Shown: positions 62,198 through 64,000 of the stretch, one piece after another
How the letters are laid out: every line of letters begins with the position of its first letter
Numbering within the stretch: the first letter of the stretch is position 1
The notes under the pieces: generated by a model
What the model was told of the DNA's origin: nothing
The model's input: the letters and a program-made list of their open reading frames with translations, nothing else
Database searches by the model: none
Origin: Sphaerodactylus townsendi
Lineage: Eukaryota
Assembly (NCBI RefSeq): GCF_021028975.2
Contig: NC_059433.1
Coordinates: forward strand, 32,798,001-32,862,000
Length of the DNA: 64,000 bases
Reading direction: 5' to 3'
Program-made: the position numbers and the translations under genes

Positions 62198-63704
62198 ATT
62201 TACAGACATTTTAGATTTGTGCTGGAAGGGCTCAGATTAAAAGATCATGCAATAAAATGAACCAAAAGTAGGGAATGCATGGCTTGGAAATGCAGGGGTG
62301 TACCTACCAAAAAATATGACTTGGCATTCATCCTTGTTGAATCTACAGCAGCGGACTGGAGTGAAATTGGAATATCCCTCATACATGTGCTCTCCTTCTC
62401 ATCCAGTACAATGTAACCCAAGATATTAAATATAAAATATGTTGTGTGTGTTTTACCAAATAGCAATCATTCCACATTCAAGTGGGCTCATACCCAAGCA
62501 TTCCAAGGCATGCAGCAAGCTCTACAGACCTGGATTCACATCCTGCCAGTCACATGTTACAGGACCTTGAGCATGTAACCAAAAGCAGCTATCTGAAGCC
62601 TCAGGGATAAGAGGATACACAAAGCCACCACCCACCCCCCCCCACACACACACACATAATACACATGTATTATGAAGGCATCCCCTAGTCGATGGGAATG
62701 GTTGTAAGTACAAATTCTGCATTTATTATTCCACATTGATGGAAACACATTCATGTGCGTGCGCACACACGCACGCATGCACACTTTCTCTCCTCCCCCT
62801 GCCTCAACAGGCAGACTTGCCGTTTGCCACTGCCTTGCAAATTTCCTGCAAAAGAGTTTTCATTCTTTGGTGTGCAAAGTGATATACAGACTGCCTGGGA
62901 GGAGTTAACCCTTGTAGCCCTAGCTGCCTGAAACTTAAAAATGGCTCATTTTCTTTTAGGAAAGAGGGAAAAATATAGATGGCTTTTTCCAGGACATGTT
63001 CAAAGCTACACTTGCTTCTTCCCTCTATTTTGTCTCCAGCATGCTAAGTGCTGCACAGAATTCCCTAGTCCACTTCTTTCCTTGCTCCCTTCTGCATGGC
63101 AAGTCAATCATCGCAAGGCGCTGCACAGGACCTCCAAAACGTATTTCCAAGCCATGCACGAATTCCAACCACATTAACAATATGCATCATTCTCCTGATT
63201 ATTTCTCTTAGGTTTGGCGAAAGAGGGACTGAGGAACTGGAGGGGAGCTATGCCTTGTTTGCAGGGCTGCTCCTGGGCAGCCAAACCCATCTGCCCTGCT
63301 GGCATTTAAAAGTGCCAAGACAAGCAGGCTTGAGGTTCACCCAGCATTCTTTCATTTCTGTGGGAGGTGCGTTCCCGGCTGGGATGCAAAGTTGCCTTTC
63401 CTCTCCTCACTTCTGGCCATGGGCAGGTTGCAAGAAAGGCAGCCAGAGCATTGCTCATTCACCATAGGGAATGTGCCCTGTGCCTTTGAACACAGAACTC
63501 TGACCCTGGTCACCAGGTAGGAGACTGCAGCCATCGCGGAGGGTTTTAGGTTGATTTACAGGAGTCCCCAACACCCCGTCCTGGCCATTGCAGGAGACAC
63601 CATGCTGCAACCAGCCCCATCTCCCCATGATCAGTACTTACAGTTTAATGCTTGGCCTACCTCTCCCCACTAGCTGTAAGGTTGAGGGACTGCATGCACT
63701 ACCT

Positions 63705-64000
63705 GAAGAAGAAGAAGAAGAAGAGGAGGAGGAGGAGGAGGAGGAGGAGGAGGAGAAAGGGGAGTTTATATCCCATCTTTCTCTCCTGTCAGGAGACTCA
63801 AGGTGGCTTACAGGCTCCTTTCTCTTCCTCTCCACATAACAGACACCTTATGAGGTAGGTGAGGCTGAGAGAGTTACAAAGAACAGTGAGTAGCCCAGTA
63901 CCACACAGTAGGAATGTAGGAGTGCAAAAACACATCTGGTTCACCAGATAATCCTCTGCCACTTAGGTGGGGGGAATCAAAACTGGTTCTCCAGATTAGA
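63705..64000 (-). mobile_element. Squam3-like SINE with (GAA)n(GAG)n tail, truncated by the window end
   Basis: Reverse complement of the family seen at 34355 and 52664. Confidence 0.88.

Larger units (their letters stand above)
7817..64000 (-). other. ZNF407: Last intron of ZNF407 (partial)
   Basis: Lies upstream of the terminal-exon acceptor. No C2H2 zinc-finger exon was found in 56 kb, consistent with the very long last intron of human ZNF407. Confidence 0.75.

Overview
Vertebrate genomic DNA. The repeat content (Squam3-like SINEs, CR1, L2, RTE-X, Penelope, hAT and Harbinger MITEs) suggests a squamate, probably a gecko. The only host coding exon I can support is the terminal exon of ZNF407 on the minus strand (acceptor at 7817/7816, stop 6405-6407, 3'UTR probably to about 5370). 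Everything from 7817 to 64000 most likely belongs to the very long last intron of ZNF407. That intron contains a full-length, apparently young chromoviral Ty3/Gypsy (sushi-like) LTR retrotransposon at 26720-32912, with 295/294-bp LTRs and a GCAAT target-site duplication. It also holds many LINE, SINE and MITE fragments, six assembly gaps, and several AT-rich, TALE/HOX-motif-rich blocks that look like conserved enhancers. Best observations: (1) an intact minimal hammerhead-ribozyme motif in a Penelope-derived fold-back (46929-46971); (2) a Tf1-type tRNA-independent self-priming signature in the LTR element (11 nt of the LTR complementary to the PBS); (3) a promoter-like region plus exon with a perfect donor, antisense to ZNF407 (42360-43133); (4) a candidate 99-nt cassette or poison exon; (5) an approximately 530-bp old hairpin; (6) a tRNA/5S/RTE chimeric SINE. 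I cannot demonstrate a wholly new biological system. Most signals are instances of known mechanisms, and all family names come from recalled motifs, not database searches.
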